In this document: positions 8,475 through 19,212 of the stretch, piece by piece | Layout of the letters: each line of letters starts with the position of its first letter | Position numbering within the stretch: position 1 is the stretch's first letter | DNA from: Alphaproteobacteria bacterium | Lineage (GTDB): Bacteria; Pseudomonadota; Alphaproteobacteria; UBA6615 | DNA length: 64,000 bases | Reading direction: 5' to 3' | NCBI GenBank assembly: GCA_022449545.1 | Contig: JAKUPN010000005.1 | Location: forward strand, 3,897 to 67,896 | Notes under the pieces: model-generated | Told to the model about the DNA's origin: nothing | Databases searched by the model: none | The model's input: only the letters and a program-made list of their open reading frames with translations | Position numbers and translations under genes: made by a program

Positions 8475-9851
8475 TTAAAAGAACTCTAATCGAACAGCAA
8501 ACAATTTTTCAACCTTCCTAATTGCCTCTTTAGTAGCAAACAGAATAACTCTGTCCCCAGAATGTATTTGAGTGTTTTTATCAACTCTAATTATATTCTC
8601 ACTCCGAAGAACTGCTGCAACAATCACTCCAGAAGGTAGCCGAGAGTCAAGTATTGTCTGACCAACTAAACTAGAGGTTTCTAGTGCCTCCACTTCGATA
8701 ACCTCACCAAAATTTTCTCCAATAGAGTGAACCGATCTAATACTTCCCCTACGAACATGTTGTAATATTGTAGAAGCGGTAATCGCCCTAGGACTAACCA
8801 CTACATCAATCCCTAGTGGAGCAAGAAGAGGATTGTATGTCATAGTATTTACCAAAGTTACGGCGCGTTCAGCTCCATACCTCTTCGCCAATAATGAAGC
8901 CAGTATATTAACCTCATCATCATTAGAGACTGCTACAACTGTTGCTGAGTTCCCTATATTAGCTTCTACTAAGATTTCTGGATCTAAAGCATCACCATTA
9001 ATGACTGTTGTTTTTGCAAGTACTTTAGCAGCATTCATCGCAACTTCTTTATCAATTTCAATTAAGCTCGCACTTACACCTGTGAATTGTTCTTCAACAT
9101 TAGACGCTAAACTCTGTCCAATATTTCCTCCCCCAATAATTACCACTCGGCGTGCCTCAGGCTCATCATGGCCAAATGCAGACATTGCACGCTCTATTTG
9201 CTGTGCATCCACTACAAGATACACCTCGTCTCCAATTTCTAGGTGATCATCTCCTCTAGGAACCATGGATTTGTTTTCTCTAATAATCCCAACTATAGTA
9301 ATGTTTAGATCTGGAAATAGAGACGTGAGCTGTCGCAATGGGGTGTTTGTTATTGGACATTCCTCTTCACACCTAACCCCAATTAAACGCAATTTGTTAT
9401 CTGCTAATGGAATTATCTCGAATGACCCAGGAACAGTAAACCTACGACTGATAGCCTTCGCCACCTCTATCTCAGGTGAGATAATGACATCAATTGGCAT
9501 GTTGTCGTGACTAAAAAGATCTGACCAGATCTGCTTTCTATAACTCTGCTCACGTATACGAGCTATCTTAGTAGGAACATTAAAAAGTGAATGCGCGACT
9601 TGGCATGCAATCATATTAACTTCATCTGCAAATGTTACTGCTATCAACATATCTGCATCTGCTGCCCCAGCTGCTTCAAGAACATCAGGCAAAGAAGCAT
9701 GTCCAACCATAGCACGAACATCTAGAGTATCTCTAATACGAGCTATGAGCTCAACACTCTGATCAACGACAGTAACATCAACTCTTTCACTCGCTAATTC
9801 TCTAGCGATATTTGACCCTACCTGACCGGCTCCACATATAATAGTTTTCAT
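8475..9851 (-). CDS. trkA: Trk potassium uptake NAD-binding subunit TrkA
   Basis: Two RCK domains (GAGQVG and GGGNIG); DEVNMIAC; follows ntrX as in other alphaproteobacteria. Confidence 0.96.
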   Translation of the reverse strand: MKTIICGAGQVGSNIARELASERVDVTVVDQSVELIARIRDTLDVRAMVGHASLPDVLEAAGAADADMLIAVTFADEVNMIACQVAHSLFNVPTKIARIREQSYRKQIWSDLFSHDNMPIDVIISPEIEVAKAISRRFTVPGSFEIIPLADNKLRLIGVRCEEECPITNTPLRQLTSLFPDLNITIVGIIRENKSMVPRGDDHLEIGDEVYLVVDAQQIERAMSAFGHDEPEARRVVIIGGGNIGQSLASNVEEQFTGVSASLIEIDKEVAMNAAKVLAKTTVINGDALDPEILVEANIGNSATVVAVSNDDEVNILASLLAKRYGAERAVTLVNTMTYNPLLAPLGIDVVVSPRAITASTILQHVRRGSIRSVHSIGENFGEVIEVEALETSSLVGQTILDSRLPSGVIVAAVLRSENIIRVDKNTQIHSGDRVILFATKEAIRKVEKLFAVRLEFF

Positions 9852-9902
9852 TTTTTATGATTACCTTGTCGACACTTTCAAGCACTCTTTTGCATTTAAC
9901 GA

Positions 9903-11348
9903 CTAACTACTTGAGCTAGGAATATCCTCAGCTGATCCATTTCCAGGCTGACCAGATCCAACAACACCACCCTGCACACCCAAAGACTTTAATTTCCTAT
10001 GTAAAGCTGATCTTTCCATGCCTACAAAATTTGCTGTTCTCGATATATTGCCACCGAAACGAGTGATCTGTGCTCCCAGATATTGTCTTTCAAATTCCTC
10101 TCGAGCGTTGCGTAGAGATAGGCTTAAAAGTTCGATACTAGTATCTTGTCTAAGTATAGAGGGAGATATACCTCTAATTTCAGGTGGCAACATATCAACT
10201 TGAACAGGCTTGTCATGTTCTGCTGGTGTCATTATTAGTAGCCATTCAATGACATTTCGAAGTTGTCGAACATTACCGGGCCAGGTATATCCTTGAAGAG
10301 ATGCCATTGCGTCAGTGCCTATTTTTTTCGGAGCAAGACCAGAAGCTTGAGATGATTGATCCATAAAATGCTCAGCTAACAAGGGTACGTCATCTCGTCT
10401 ATGTGAAAGATTCGGCACTTCAAGTGGAACGACATTCAGTCTATAGTATAAATCCTCCCGGAAATTGCCAGCCGCAATCTCAGCGGTCATATCTTTAGTT
10501 GTTGTGGCGACGACCCGAACATCAACTCTTACTTTCTGTGTTCCCCCAATGCGAACAAATGTTTGCTCTTGAAGAGCTCTTACAATTTTTCCTTGTGTTT
10601 CAATCGGCATGTCTGCCACTTCGTCCAAAAGCAGAGTGCCTGTATGCGCCTGTTCAAACAATCCTATTCTTGCGGATCCATTCTCATTAATGCTTGTCTC
10701 AGATTCAGATCCAAATAGCTCTAATTCCATTCTTTCAGGGGCCATCGTGGCACAATTTATAACGACAAATGGTTGTTCTGAGCGTGAGGAAAAACGATGC
10801 AACATGCGAGCAGCTACTTCCTTACCCGAACCAGCCGGCCCATATATTAAAACTCTACTTCCTGTAGGTGCAGCTTTTTCTATCGCCTGCCTTAATTGGT
10901 TTATAGATGTAGAATTTCCTATCAACTCAGCCTCTACACCCGCCCTTAATCGAAGCTCTTCATTTTCTCGTCTTAATCGTGCAGATTCAATCGCCCGAGC
11001 TACTATAAGCAGAAGACGATCTGATTTAAAAGGTTTCTCTATAAAGTCATAAGCGCCCATTTTAATAGCCTGAACCGCCATTTCTATAGATCCATGTCCA
11101 CTAATCATAACTACTGGTATTTCAGGATATTCAACATTAATTTTCTCAAGCAATTGTATGCCGTCGAGACTACTATTCTCAAGCCAGATGTCTAGTATTA
11201 TAAGGCTTGGGCGTCTTATGCCTAATTCTTCGATCGCTTGCTGACTGTTACTAGCGTCTCGAGTTTCATAGCCCTCATCATCCAAGACGCCTGATATCAA
11301 CAAGCGTATATCATCTTCGTCGTCGACTATCAAAATATCGTTTGCCAT
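9903..11348 (-). CDS. ntrX: Response regulator NtrX (REC-AAA+-HTH)
   Basis: LDIWL receiver, ISGHG, AAA+ domain lacking GAFTGA, C-terminal GNISRTA.FVGMERSALHRKLK; follows ntrY. Confidence 0.95.
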   Translation of the reverse strand: MANDILIVDDEDDIRLLISGVLDDEGYETRDASNSQQAIEELGIRRPSLIILDIWLENSSLDGIQLLEKINVEYPEIPVVMISGHGSIEMAVQAIKMGAYDFIEKPFKSDRLLLIVARAIESARLRRENEELRLRAGVEAELIGNSTSINQLRQAIEKAAPTGSRVLIYGPAGSGKEVAARMLHRFSSRSEQPFVVINCATMAPERMELELFGSESETSINENGSARIGLFEQAHTGTLLLDEVADMPIETQGKIVRALQEQTFVRIGGTQKVRVDVRVVATTTKDMTAEIAAGNFREDLYYRLNVVPLEVPNLSHRRDDVPLLAEHFMDQSSQASGLAPKKIGTDAMASLQGYTWPGNVRQLRNVIEWLLIMTPAEHDKPVQVDMLPPEIRGISPSILRQDTSIELLSLSLRNAREEFERQYLGAQITRFGGNISRTANFVGMERSALHRKLKSLGVQGGVVGSGQPGNGSAEDIPSSSS

Positions 11349-11390
11349 TAAAACCCTACTAACCAGACTATTCTTTTGATTCTTTAGTGG

Positions 11391-13688
11391 TCATATTTTA
11401 CCACTCTTAGAAGATTCGGATCTAACAGGAAAAATAATACTAATTTTTGCCCCCTTACTTTTTTTAGTAGATTTATTTGTTGAGTAATCTATTTGATTTA
11501 TATCTTCTAACCGCAGATGTCCCTCGTGCTGTTCAATAATACGTTTAACAATGGCCAACCCTAACCCAGTACCTTTGGATCGTGTGGTAATATAAGGCTC
11601 GGTTAATCTATCACGTTGTGTCTCGGGTAATCCTTTACCATTATCTATAACAGTAATTACAACTGACTCTTCTTCCTTATGAAGCAGTAATGTTATCTCA
11701 CCCTTAAAGAGTTTATCACTATTTTTATCAGGAATTCGTCCTTCTATAGCCTCTATTGAATTACGTAATAGATTTGTTAACGCCTGCGTGATAAGGCCTT
11801 CATCGCATGATGCATAGAGATCATCTTGGTTGAACACATAATGAAAAGATATCTCTGGATGGGCATTTTTCTGAAGAATAAATGAGCGCTTACAAACCTC
11901 TACAAGATTTGTATCCAAAAATATAGGATTGGGCATCCTTGCAAAGGCGGAGAACTCATCAACCATTCTACCTATATCTGTAACCTGCCTTACTATTGTA
12001 TCAGTGCATTGCTCAAATGTTTCTCGATCTGATATTATCTCTTCTGCATATTTACGTTTCAATCTCTCAGCTGATAGTTGTATAGGAGTAAGAGGATTTT
12101 TGATCTCATGCGCTATACGTCTAGCAACGTCCGCCCAAGCTGCTTTTCGTTGGGCAGAAAGTAACTCGGTCATGTCATCAAAAGTTACAACATAACCAAT
12201 AACTGTGACAGAGTTATCATATTCGGCAGCTATTCGCACGTGAAGAGTCCTACTTTCCTCACCTATGGTTAGAGTAACGTCATCTTCGACTAATCGATCT
12301 GTGTTAGCTAAAGCCAACTTAATACATCCTGCCATCTCAGGAACAACAGCAGCTAGTGGCTGTCCTGCTAATTCACCTACACCAGCACCAAGTAAGGCTG
12401 ACGCTGATCTATTCGGCAAATTAACTCTAGCCTCTTTATCAAGCCCTATTACACCTGCTGACACCCCAGCCAAAACAGCTTCTGTGAATCTTCTCCGATC
12501 TTCTAATTGTCTATTTGCTTCAACCAGTTCACTGCGTTGTTCATCTAATTGTCTTGTCATTCGATTAAATGCCCGAGTCAATGTGCCGAGTTCATCTTTC
12601 GCATCATCACCATCTATACGAACACCAAGATTTCCTGAACGAACCAGCTCCGTTCCTCTTACTAGCTTAGTAATAGGCCCAGTCATTCGATTAGCAAAAC
12701 CTAAACCAACCCCTACTGCAACAAGTAAAAGCAGTAGTGTCACTATTACAAAAATGGTTGCGAATTGTAGTTGTAATCCAGTGCGGCGTGATTCAAGTTG
12801 AGCATACTTTTGAGCTGCTTCTTGGGTTCTTTCGACATAGCCAATGACGTTAGAATCAACCCATCTACCTACATAGAGATAGGCCTGTGGTACAGTATTC
12901 AGACCAATAAGAGCTCGAACTCTATCGTCTGCATTACTTGTTAATATTACTATTTCACCTCTATTGGCTTGTTCAAAAGCATCTTTAGATGGCCATTCTA
13001 GCTCTAAAGAAGCTGTTAATCCTGCTCTTGCAATAATCTGTCCTTTTTCATCAAAAACCATTGCTTCAGGTAAATTTCTGAGGGCTGCTTGGATATTTAC
13101 AGTCCTTTCAACTCGGGAAAGATTAGTACTGAACCGAGGCCAACTACGATTTAAATCTTTCCCCATAGCTACTGCATCAGCTGCAATTACACGCTTATGT
13201 TCTGCTAGATATGCATCAGCCACAACTACCGAGTTTTCTACTGCAGTACGAACTCTTTCATTAAACCAAGCTTGAACTTGTGTATTAAAAATAAGAGCAG
13301 CAAGAACGACGACAATGATAGCAGGTAGAACTGCAACCAGGGAAAAGAGAGAGACAAGCTTGATATGAAGCCTAGCCCCAATAGACCCAGCTCTTCTTCT
13401 TGTTAATAACCGAACCAGAATCCAGGTAATCGTAACCCCGAGCAATAAAACAAGGGCCAAGTCAACAACAATGAGAATGAGTACCGTTTCTTGAGTTATA
13501 CCAAATCGAGAAACATTTGTTATAGCTATAAACGTTGCCGCTACAGCAAAGGCAGCGAGGATCATCAACAAAATAGAAAACCGACGGCCTAAGTTTCCAT
13601 CACTTACCCTTCTACCAAGTAATCGAATCATTAATGGCTCTACATCAACTTCAGATGTCTGATTTTTATCTTTGACATTAGCGCTCAA
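11391..13688 (-). CDS. ntrY: Sensor histidine kinase NtrY
   Basis: N-terminal TM helices, HAMP and PAS domains, AWADVARRIAHEIKNPLTPIQL and GTGLGLAIV motifs. The start is uncertain: TTG at 13688 has an upstream AGGAGG, while the ORF extends to 13730. Confidence 0.95.
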   Translation of the reverse strand: MSANVKDKNQTSEVDVEPLMIRLLGRRVSDGNLGRRFSILLMILAAFAVAATFIAITNVSRFGITQETVLILIVVDLALVLLLGVTITWILVRLLTRRRAGSIGARLHIKLVSLFSLVAVLPAIIVVVLAALIFNTQVQAWFNERVRTAVENSVVVADAYLAEHKRVIAADAVAMGKDLNRSWPRFSTNLSRVERTVNIQAALRNLPEAMVFDEKGQIIARAGLTASLELEWPSKDAFEQANRGEIVILTSNADDRVRALIGLNTVPQAYLYVGRWVDSNVIGYVERTQEAAQKYAQLESRRTGLQLQFATIFVIVTLLLLLVAVGVGLGFANRMTGPITKLVRGTELVRSGNLGVRIDGDDAKDELGTLTRAFNRMTRQLDEQRSELVEANRQLEDRRRFTEAVLAGVSAGVIGLDKEARVNLPNRSASALLGAGVGELAGQPLAAVVPEMAGCIKLALANTDRLVEDDVTLTIGEESRTLHVRIAAEYDNSVTVIGYVVTFDDMTELLSAQRKAAWADVARRIAHEIKNPLTPIQLSAERLKRKYAEEIISDRETFEQCTDTIVRQVTDIGRMVDEFSAFARMPNPIFLDTNLVEVCKRSFILQKNAHPEISFHYVFNQDDLYASCDEGLITQALTNLLRNSIEAIEGRIPDKNSDKLFKGEITLLLHKEEESVVITVIDNGKGLPETQRDRLTEPYITTRSKGTGLGLAIVKRIIEQHEGHLRLEDINQIDYSTNKSTKKSKGAKISIIFPVRSESSKSGKI

Positions 13689-13798
13689 CTTCTTATTGAC
13701 CTCCTGATGTCTAATTAGGCAAGCATACAAACCTTATCTTTAATATAATCACAGCATCAGTAACTAGAGTTAATTCTTAATAGTTAGTGAGTATTAAT

Positions 13799-15253
13799 TC
13801 ACTTTATTCCACGTACTACTTCAATATCTAGTTCTCTTATTTTTTTACGTAAAGTATTACGGTTTAAACCTAGTAATTCAGCAGCTTTAATTTGATTGCC
13901 ATTAGTCATTTCTAACGTAACTGCTATTAATGGCCTTTCAAACTCTCTAATTGACCTTGAATATAGTCCACGTTTAGTGGACTTAGACCCTTCAGAAAAT
14001 GCGTTGTATCGTATATATTCTTCTACAAATTCTTCTAATGACTGATTACTTTTCTTTAGATCTAGTTCTGCATTTACTGAGGTGTCAGAAAGTTCAGCTT
14101 CTATCATACCGACGTCAACAATTTGCTGACTATAAAGAACCGAAAGTCTTTGAATAAGATTTTCTAGTTCTCTTACGTTGCCTGGCCACCTATAGTCTTT
14201 AAGTCGGTCATAGGCTGTTTTCTCAATGGACTTAACTCTGGAACCATCAACCTTCGTTTTTTCAAGAAAATGAGATACCAGTTCAGGAATATCTTCAGTT
14301 CTTTCACGTAAAGGTGGTATTCTTAGTGGTACAACATTTAGACGATAAAACAAATCTTCACGAAACATCCCTTGACGCACGGCGGTTCTCAAATCTCTCT
14401 GAGTAGCGGCTATTATTCGAACATTTGAACTTATAGGAGACTGGCCACCAACCGTTGTATATTCACCTTCTTGCAAAACTCTTAATAATCTAGTCTGTGC
14501 TTCTATAGGCATATCACCAATTTCGTCGAGAAAAAGCGTTCCACCATCCGCTTGTTCGAAACGCCCGACCTTTTTTGAGGTTGCGCCGGTGAAGGCTCCT
14601 TTTTCATGCCCAAATAATTCACTCTCAACAAGTTCTCTCGGAATAGCAGCCATATTCACTGCAACAAATTCACCAAAATTTCTTTTTCCATAGTCATGCA
14701 AAGCTTTTGCAACCAGTTCTTTTCCAGTACCAGATTCACCGGTTATCAAAACAGTAAGATCCGTTCCCATTAATCGTGCAACAACTCTATATATTTCCTG
14801 CATAGCAGGAGACCTTCCAATTAAAGGTAATTTATCATCAGTAGTAGAACTTGGTTCTGTTTCTTGATTTATCGAAGACCAATCATCATGGGAATTCAAA
14901 GCCCTTTGAACTATCTCTATTAAATCTTTCAGATCGAATGGCTTGGGTATGTATTCAAAAGCACCCCTTTCAGTGGCCCGAATAGCAGTTAATAAAGTAC
15001 TTTGTGCACTCATGACAATTATTCTTAGGTCCGGTCTAAGTTTTCGTATTCTAGGTATTAAGTCCAATCCATTTTCATCTGGCATAATTACATCGGTAAT
15101 AACTAAATCACCATCACCGTCAGACACCCAGCGCCAGAGATTTGCTGCATTGCTAGTTGTACGTACATCATGACCCATTCTACCTAGGGCCTGGCTAAGT
15201 ACAGTTCTTATTCCCTGATCATCATCAGCGATTAGTATAGAAGCATAACTCAT
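13799..15253 (-). CDS. ntrC: Nitrogen regulation response regulator NtrC
   Basis: Receiver (DVIMP), [23 protein letters not shown], and Fis-type [23 protein letters not shown]. Confidence 0.96.
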   Translation of the reverse strand: MSYASILIADDDQGIRTVLSQALGRMGHDVRTTSNAANLWRWVSDGDGDLVITDVIMPDENGLDLIPRIRKLRPDLRIIVMSAQSTLLTAIRATERGAFEYIPKPFDLKDLIEIVQRALNSHDDWSSINQETEPSSTTDDKLPLIGRSPAMQEIYRVVARLMGTDLTVLITGESGTGKELVAKALHDYGKRNFGEFVAVNMAAIPRELVESELFGHEKGAFTGATSKKVGRFEQADGGTLFLDEIGDMPIEAQTRLLRVLQEGEYTTVGGQSPISSNVRIIAATQRDLRTAVRQGMFREDLFYRLNVVPLRIPPLRERTEDIPELVSHFLEKTKVDGSRVKSIEKTAYDRLKDYRWPGNVRELENLIQRLSVLYSQQIVDVGMIEAELSDTSVNAELDLKKSNQSLEEFVEEYIRYNAFSEGSKSTKRGLYSRSIREFERPLIAVTLEMTNGNQIKAAELLGLNRNTLRKKIRELDIEVVRGIK

Positions 15254-16374
15254 GATTTGTTCATTAATAATGTATGGTTTATTGGAAGAAGAACACGAAA
15301 TTCTGTTTTTCTATTTTTAGTAACTAGTTCTACGACACCACCATGTGCGTCAATAATCTTTGCTACTAGAGCTAAACCTAATCCACTTCCATTTTGTTTT
15401 GTTGTTACAAATGGATCAAATAAACACGTTTTTAAATCGTCAGGTACCCCATCACCATTATCACGAATAATAATTTCCATAGGAAGATCAATATATTCAT
15501 TACTAGAAGAAACAGAAATTCTAGTTCCATGTCGATACCGAGTCATCAATTCTATTTGCCCGCCATTGTTTGGTACAGCTTCTGTAGCATTTTTTAATAA
15601 ATTAAGGAAAACTTGTACTAACTGATCTCGGTTTGCATGTATATTAGGTAAAGATGGATCATACTCTTCAATAATATTAACGTGACGGCCAAACCCATTA
15701 TGAACGAGTTGACAAACGTGGTTTAGCACTTCGTGTATATTTATATGGTCTCTTTCAGGAGGCTGAGTATCAGAAAAAAAGCTCATGCGATCTAGTAACA
15801 GAACGATCCTATCTGTCTCATCGCAAATTAATTTTGTAAGGCCTAAACTTTCTTGACTAACCTCATCTTCCAATAACTGAGCAGCTCCTCTTATTCCGGA
15901 TAATGGATTTTTAACCTCATGAGCAAGCATAGAAGCCATAGCGGTTACTGACCTCACTGATCCCCTATTAGTAATATTTTTCCCCATTTGACGTGATATT
16001 AAATGTGTTTGAAGCATTAAAACTATATAATCACTACCTTCCATGTAAATGGTAGCCCTGACATCAATGTCGTGTGACCCTATTTTGGGGCTTTCTAAAT
16101 GAACATCAGACTCTACAACTGAAGAATTAGATCTACGACATTGTTCAATAATAGAGAAAAGAGGTGAATCTAACGGAATAAGAACTTTCAGTTCTAAACC
16201 AGTTAATAAAGAAGCACTAATACCTAATAACTTCTCTGCTGCATGATTAACAAAACATATAACATTTTCGCTATCCACTAAAATAACAGCATCAAATAAA
16301 GAATTTATGAGTGATTCAGCGTCAATTGCCCCCCCTGGTAAAGTTAATTGAGAAGAGTTCTTTATATTAATCAT
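15250..16374 (-). CDS. ntrB: Nitrogen regulation histidine kinase NtrB
   Basis: PAS domain, [27 protein letters not shown] and GSGLGLA motifs; ATGA-coupled to ntrC. Confidence 0.96.
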   Translation of the reverse strand: MINIKNSSQLTLPGGAIDAESLINSLFDAVILVDSENVICFVNHAAEKLLGISASLLTGLELKVLIPLDSPLFSIIEQCRRSNSSVVESDVHLESPKIGSHDIDVRATIYMEGSDYIVLMLQTHLISRQMGKNITNRGSVRSVTAMASMLAHEVKNPLSGIRGAAQLLEDEVSQESLGLTKLICDETDRIVLLLDRMSFFSDTQPPERDHINIHEVLNHVCQLVHNGFGRHVNIIEEYDPSLPNIHANRDQLVQVFLNLLKNATEAVPNNGGQIELMTRYRHGTRISVSSSNEYIDLPMEIIIRDNGDGVPDDLKTCLFDPFVTTKQNGSGLGLALVAKIIDAHGGVVELVTKNRKTEFRVLLPINHTLLMNKS

Positions 16375-17369
16375 ATTCGAAAAATCCGCTCGTTAGATTG
16401 AAAGAATTTTTCAATTGCTGATCTGACAACAAATGGATCCATTGTATTATTTATTATATTCCTAAAAACATTGGCTCCAGAGATCCCTCTAGAATACCAA
16501 GCCATATGTTTCCTTGAGTTACGAATGCCGCTCTCAATACCGTAATGATGCAGCATTTCATGAAAGTGGTTTATAGCCAAAGATTTACGTTCAACCATCG
16601 TAGGCAATGGAACTATAACTCCATTTTTTAAAAACTGTGATATATGACCTAACAACCAAGGCCTCCCCTGAGACGCACGGCCAATCATTATTCCATCGGC
16701 ACCAGATTCAGTGAGACAATTAACAGCATCCTCACAGTTTTTTATATCTCCGTTTGCTATAACCGGAATACCAACAGACTTTTTTACTTCTCTAATAAAT
16801 TTCCAATTAGCCTGATCTTTAAAAAACTGACATCTAGTTCTTCCATGAACAGTAATCATTTGAATGCCTACTTCTTCTGCCAAGATAGAAAGTTCTGGAG
16901 CATTAAGAGTTTCGTTATCCCAACCCATTCGCATTTTGACAGTGACTGGAATGCTTACACTTTTTACAACTGAATCCATAATTTTTGTAGCTAATGTTAA
17001 ATCTCGCATTAGTGCAGAACCAGATAACTTTTTAACAACACTTTTAGCAGGGCACCCAAAGTTTATATCAATTATACTTGCCCCGCGATCTTCCAATATC
17101 TTTGCTGCTTCACCCATTAAATAAGGCTCTGTACCTGCTAGTTGAACAGCTATTGGCCCCTCCTCTCCTAACAATGTTGATTTACGTTTTGATTGCTTGG
17201 TGCATCTAATTATTTCTGCGCTTGCAATCATTTCCGAATAAGTAAGATTGGTCGAATATTTATTTACTGTTTTTCGAAATGGCTGATCACTGATACCAGA
17301 TAATGGAGCTAAAAAAACTCTACTAGGAATTGTGACATTACCGACAGTAATACTATTATTGACGCTCAT
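16371..17369 (-). CDS. dusB: tRNA-dihydrouridine synthase B (NifR3 family)
   Basis: LAPLSG, DINFGCPA, VTVKMRMGWD, HGRTR and ANGDI motifs; first gene of dusB-ntrBC-ntrYX. ATG at 17369 preferred; the ORF extends to 17408. Confidence 0.95.
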   Translation of the reverse strand: MSVNNSITVGNVTIPSRVFLAPLSGISDQPFRKTVNKYSTNLTYSEMIASAEIIRCTKQSKRKSTLLGEEGPIAVQLAGTEPYLMGEAAKILEDRGASIIDINFGCPAKSVVKKLSGSALMRDLTLATKIMDSVVKSVSIPVTVKMRMGWDNETLNAPELSILAEEVGIQMITVHGRTRCQFFKDQANWKFIREVKKSVGIPVIANGDIKNCEDAVNCLTESGADGIMIGRASQGRPWLLGHISQFLKNGVIVPLPTMVERKSLAINHFHEMLHHYGIESGIRNSRKHMAWYSRGISGANVFRNIINNTMDPFVVRSAIEKFFQSNERIFRI

Positions 17370-17407
17370 AAAATAGGCACCGATATCATTTGCATAAATT
17401 ATAGGCA
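17363..17407. promoter_or_regulatory. Tandem NtrC-like binding boxes at the dusB/ispDF divergent promoter
   Basis: TGCATAAATTATAGGCA (17391-17407) and CGCTCATAAAATAGGCA (17363-17379) both fit the 17-bp (T)GC-N11-GCA NtrC geometry. Confidence 0.6.
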
Positions 17408-17501
17408 CCTTACACTTTATTTATAAGATCTTACAACATATAGAAAAAATATATTAATGTTGGCAAAGTTTTACGTCATGTTTAATTTAAATCAAAACAA
17501 T

Positions 17502-18683
17502 ATGATAGAAAAACAATTGATTAATAACATTGCCCTAATTTTAGCCGCAGGTGTAAGTAATCGACTGCCAGGTAAACTTCCTAAGCAATATCTAGATGTT
17601 GGTGGCCGTTCATTACTTCGAATGACTATCGACGCATTTCGATGTCATCCTAATATAAATAACGTAAAAGTTGTAATAAATAAAAATCATCAAGACCTTT
17701 ATAAAAATACCGTTAAAGATTTAAAGATATTGCCACCAACTTTAGGAGGCGATACTCGACAAAAGTCTGTAAAACTCGGATTGGATTCTATCGAAGAAAT
17801 AAATCCTTCCCACGTGTTGATTCATGATGGAGCCAGGCCTTTAGTTTCATCAGAAATTATTAATCGAGTATTAGAAAAACTTCATGTAGCAAATGGAGTT
17901 ATACCAGTTCTTCCCGTTAATGATACGATTAAGAAAGGAATTAATGAAGCTTCACCATCACCTATTGATCGATCTGACTTGTGGAGAATACAAACACCGC
18001 AGGGTTTTAATTTTAGAATGATTCTAGATGCTCACCGTTCAAACGAACTCGTAGAAATTACCGATGATTCAATACTTTTTGAAAAGTTTGGAAAGAGTTG
18101 TACTCCAATAACCGGTTCTGAGGAAAATATAAAAATCACAAATCAAAATGATCTAATTTGGTTGAAGCGCATTTTATCCAGTAATAAATTACTAAAGGTT
18201 GCTACCGGATACGACGTTCATCGGCTTGGAGCAGGCAAAGGAATACGTTTGTCAGGAATAACAATACCATCAGAAAAAAGCTTGATTGCTACATCTGATG
18301 GCGATGTAGTTTTACACGCGATTACTGATGCTATTCTTGGGGCTCTAAGCGCTGGAGACATAGGTCATTATTTTCCTCCTGATGACGAGACATGGAAAAA
18401 TGTTGATTCAACTGTGTTTTTAGAAAAATCACTGGAGATAATGAGAGCCAGACAAGGTTATATAAGCCATATAGATGTAACAATAGTATGCGAAGAACCC
18501 AGAATTTCTCCCTATAGAAAAGAAATGATTGATAGATTATCATCCCTGTTGGATATTTCGCTTGATTGTGTGAGCATTAAAGCAACTACAACAGACGGAC
18601 TGGGCTTAAGTTTTAAAGATCAGGGAATTGGCGCTATAGCAACAGTTTCCATTTCTATTGCAGATATACATCCACAATTATAA
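17502..18683 (+). CDS. ispDF: Bifunctional IspD/IspF (MEP pathway)
   Basis: IspD motifs LAAG..R..PKQY, HDGARP, QTPQGF and NIKIT; IspF motifs GYDVH, LHAITDA, GDIG.YFPP and KATTT. The start may be as far upstream as 17457. Confidence 0.93.
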   Translation: MIEKQLINNIALILAAGVSNRLPGKLPKQYLDVGGRSLLRMTIDAFRCHPNINNVKVVINKNHQDLYKNTVKDLKILPPTLGGDTRQKSVKLGLDSIEEINPSHVLIHDGARPLVSSEIINRVLEKLHVANGVIPVLPVNDTIKKGINEASPSPIDRSDLWRIQTPQGFNFRMILDAHRSNELVEITDDSILFEKFGKSCTPITGSEENIKITNQNDLIWLKRILSSNKLLKVATGYDVHRLGAGKGIRLSGITIPSEKSLIATSDGDVVLHAITDAILGALSAGDIGHYFPPDDETWKNVDSTVFLEKSLEIMRARQGYISHIDVTIVCEEPRISPYRKEMIDRLSSLLDISLDCVSIKATTTDGLGLSFKDQGIGAIATVSISIADIHPQL

Positions 18684-18687
18684 TTTT

Positions 18688-19209
18688 ATGAACAATCCCA
18701 AAAGAAAACCTGAATTCCATTTAATATTAGCTTCTTTAATAGCGACTGGTGCGGGAGTAGGAAAACTACCTATAGCTCCAGGCACTTGGGCTTCCATTGT
18801 TGCAATCCCCGTAGCTTCATTACTTTATATATTAGGGGGAACATGGCTTCTGTCGGTTACTATATTTCTTGGGTTTGTTATTGGAATATTTGTTAGCAGT
18901 TATCAAGCACAAAAATTAGATGATAATGATCCATCTGAGGTTGTAATAGATGAATTTATAGGTATGTGGCTATCTATTTTGCCAATTGCTAGCGACTGGC
19001 GGTACTATATTATTGCTTTACTACTGTTCAGGTTTGCAGACATCTTTAAACCATGGCCATGCAAAGCTGTTGAACGTTTGCCTGGTGGATTAGGTATTAT
19101 GATGGATGATATAATAGCTGGATTATACGCAGGAATATTAGTGTCTGTTATAGCAGTTTGGTTTGGAACTAGTCCGAACATACCTATTTTGGAATCAATT
19201 TTGGAATAA
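18688..19209 (+). CDS. pgpA: Phosphatidylglycerophosphatase A
   Basis: P.APGTWAS, DPSEVVIDE, FR..DI.KPWP and GG.GIM.DD..AG motifs; ATG at 18688. Confidence 0.94.
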   Translation: MNNPKRKPEFHLILASLIATGAGVGKLPIAPGTWASIVAIPVASLLYILGGTWLLSVTIFLGFVIGIFVSSYQAQKLDDNDPSEVVIDEFIGMWLSILPIASDWRYYIIALLLFRFADIFKPWPCKAVERLPGGLGIMMDDIIAGLYAGILVSVIAVWFGTSPNIPILESILE

Positions 19210-19212
19210 CTA

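Noticed and set aside
9903..11348. NtrX AAA+ domain lacks the GAFTGA sigma54-contact loop
   Set aside because: This is a known normal feature of alphaproteobacterial NtrX.
10018..13275. Multiple plus-strand ORFs (61-178 aa) opposite ntrX/ntrY, and similar antisense ORFs elsewhere in the track
   Set aside because: They lie fully inside well-supported genes on the other strand, mostly with the Ser/Ile/Pro-rich composition typical of antisense frames.
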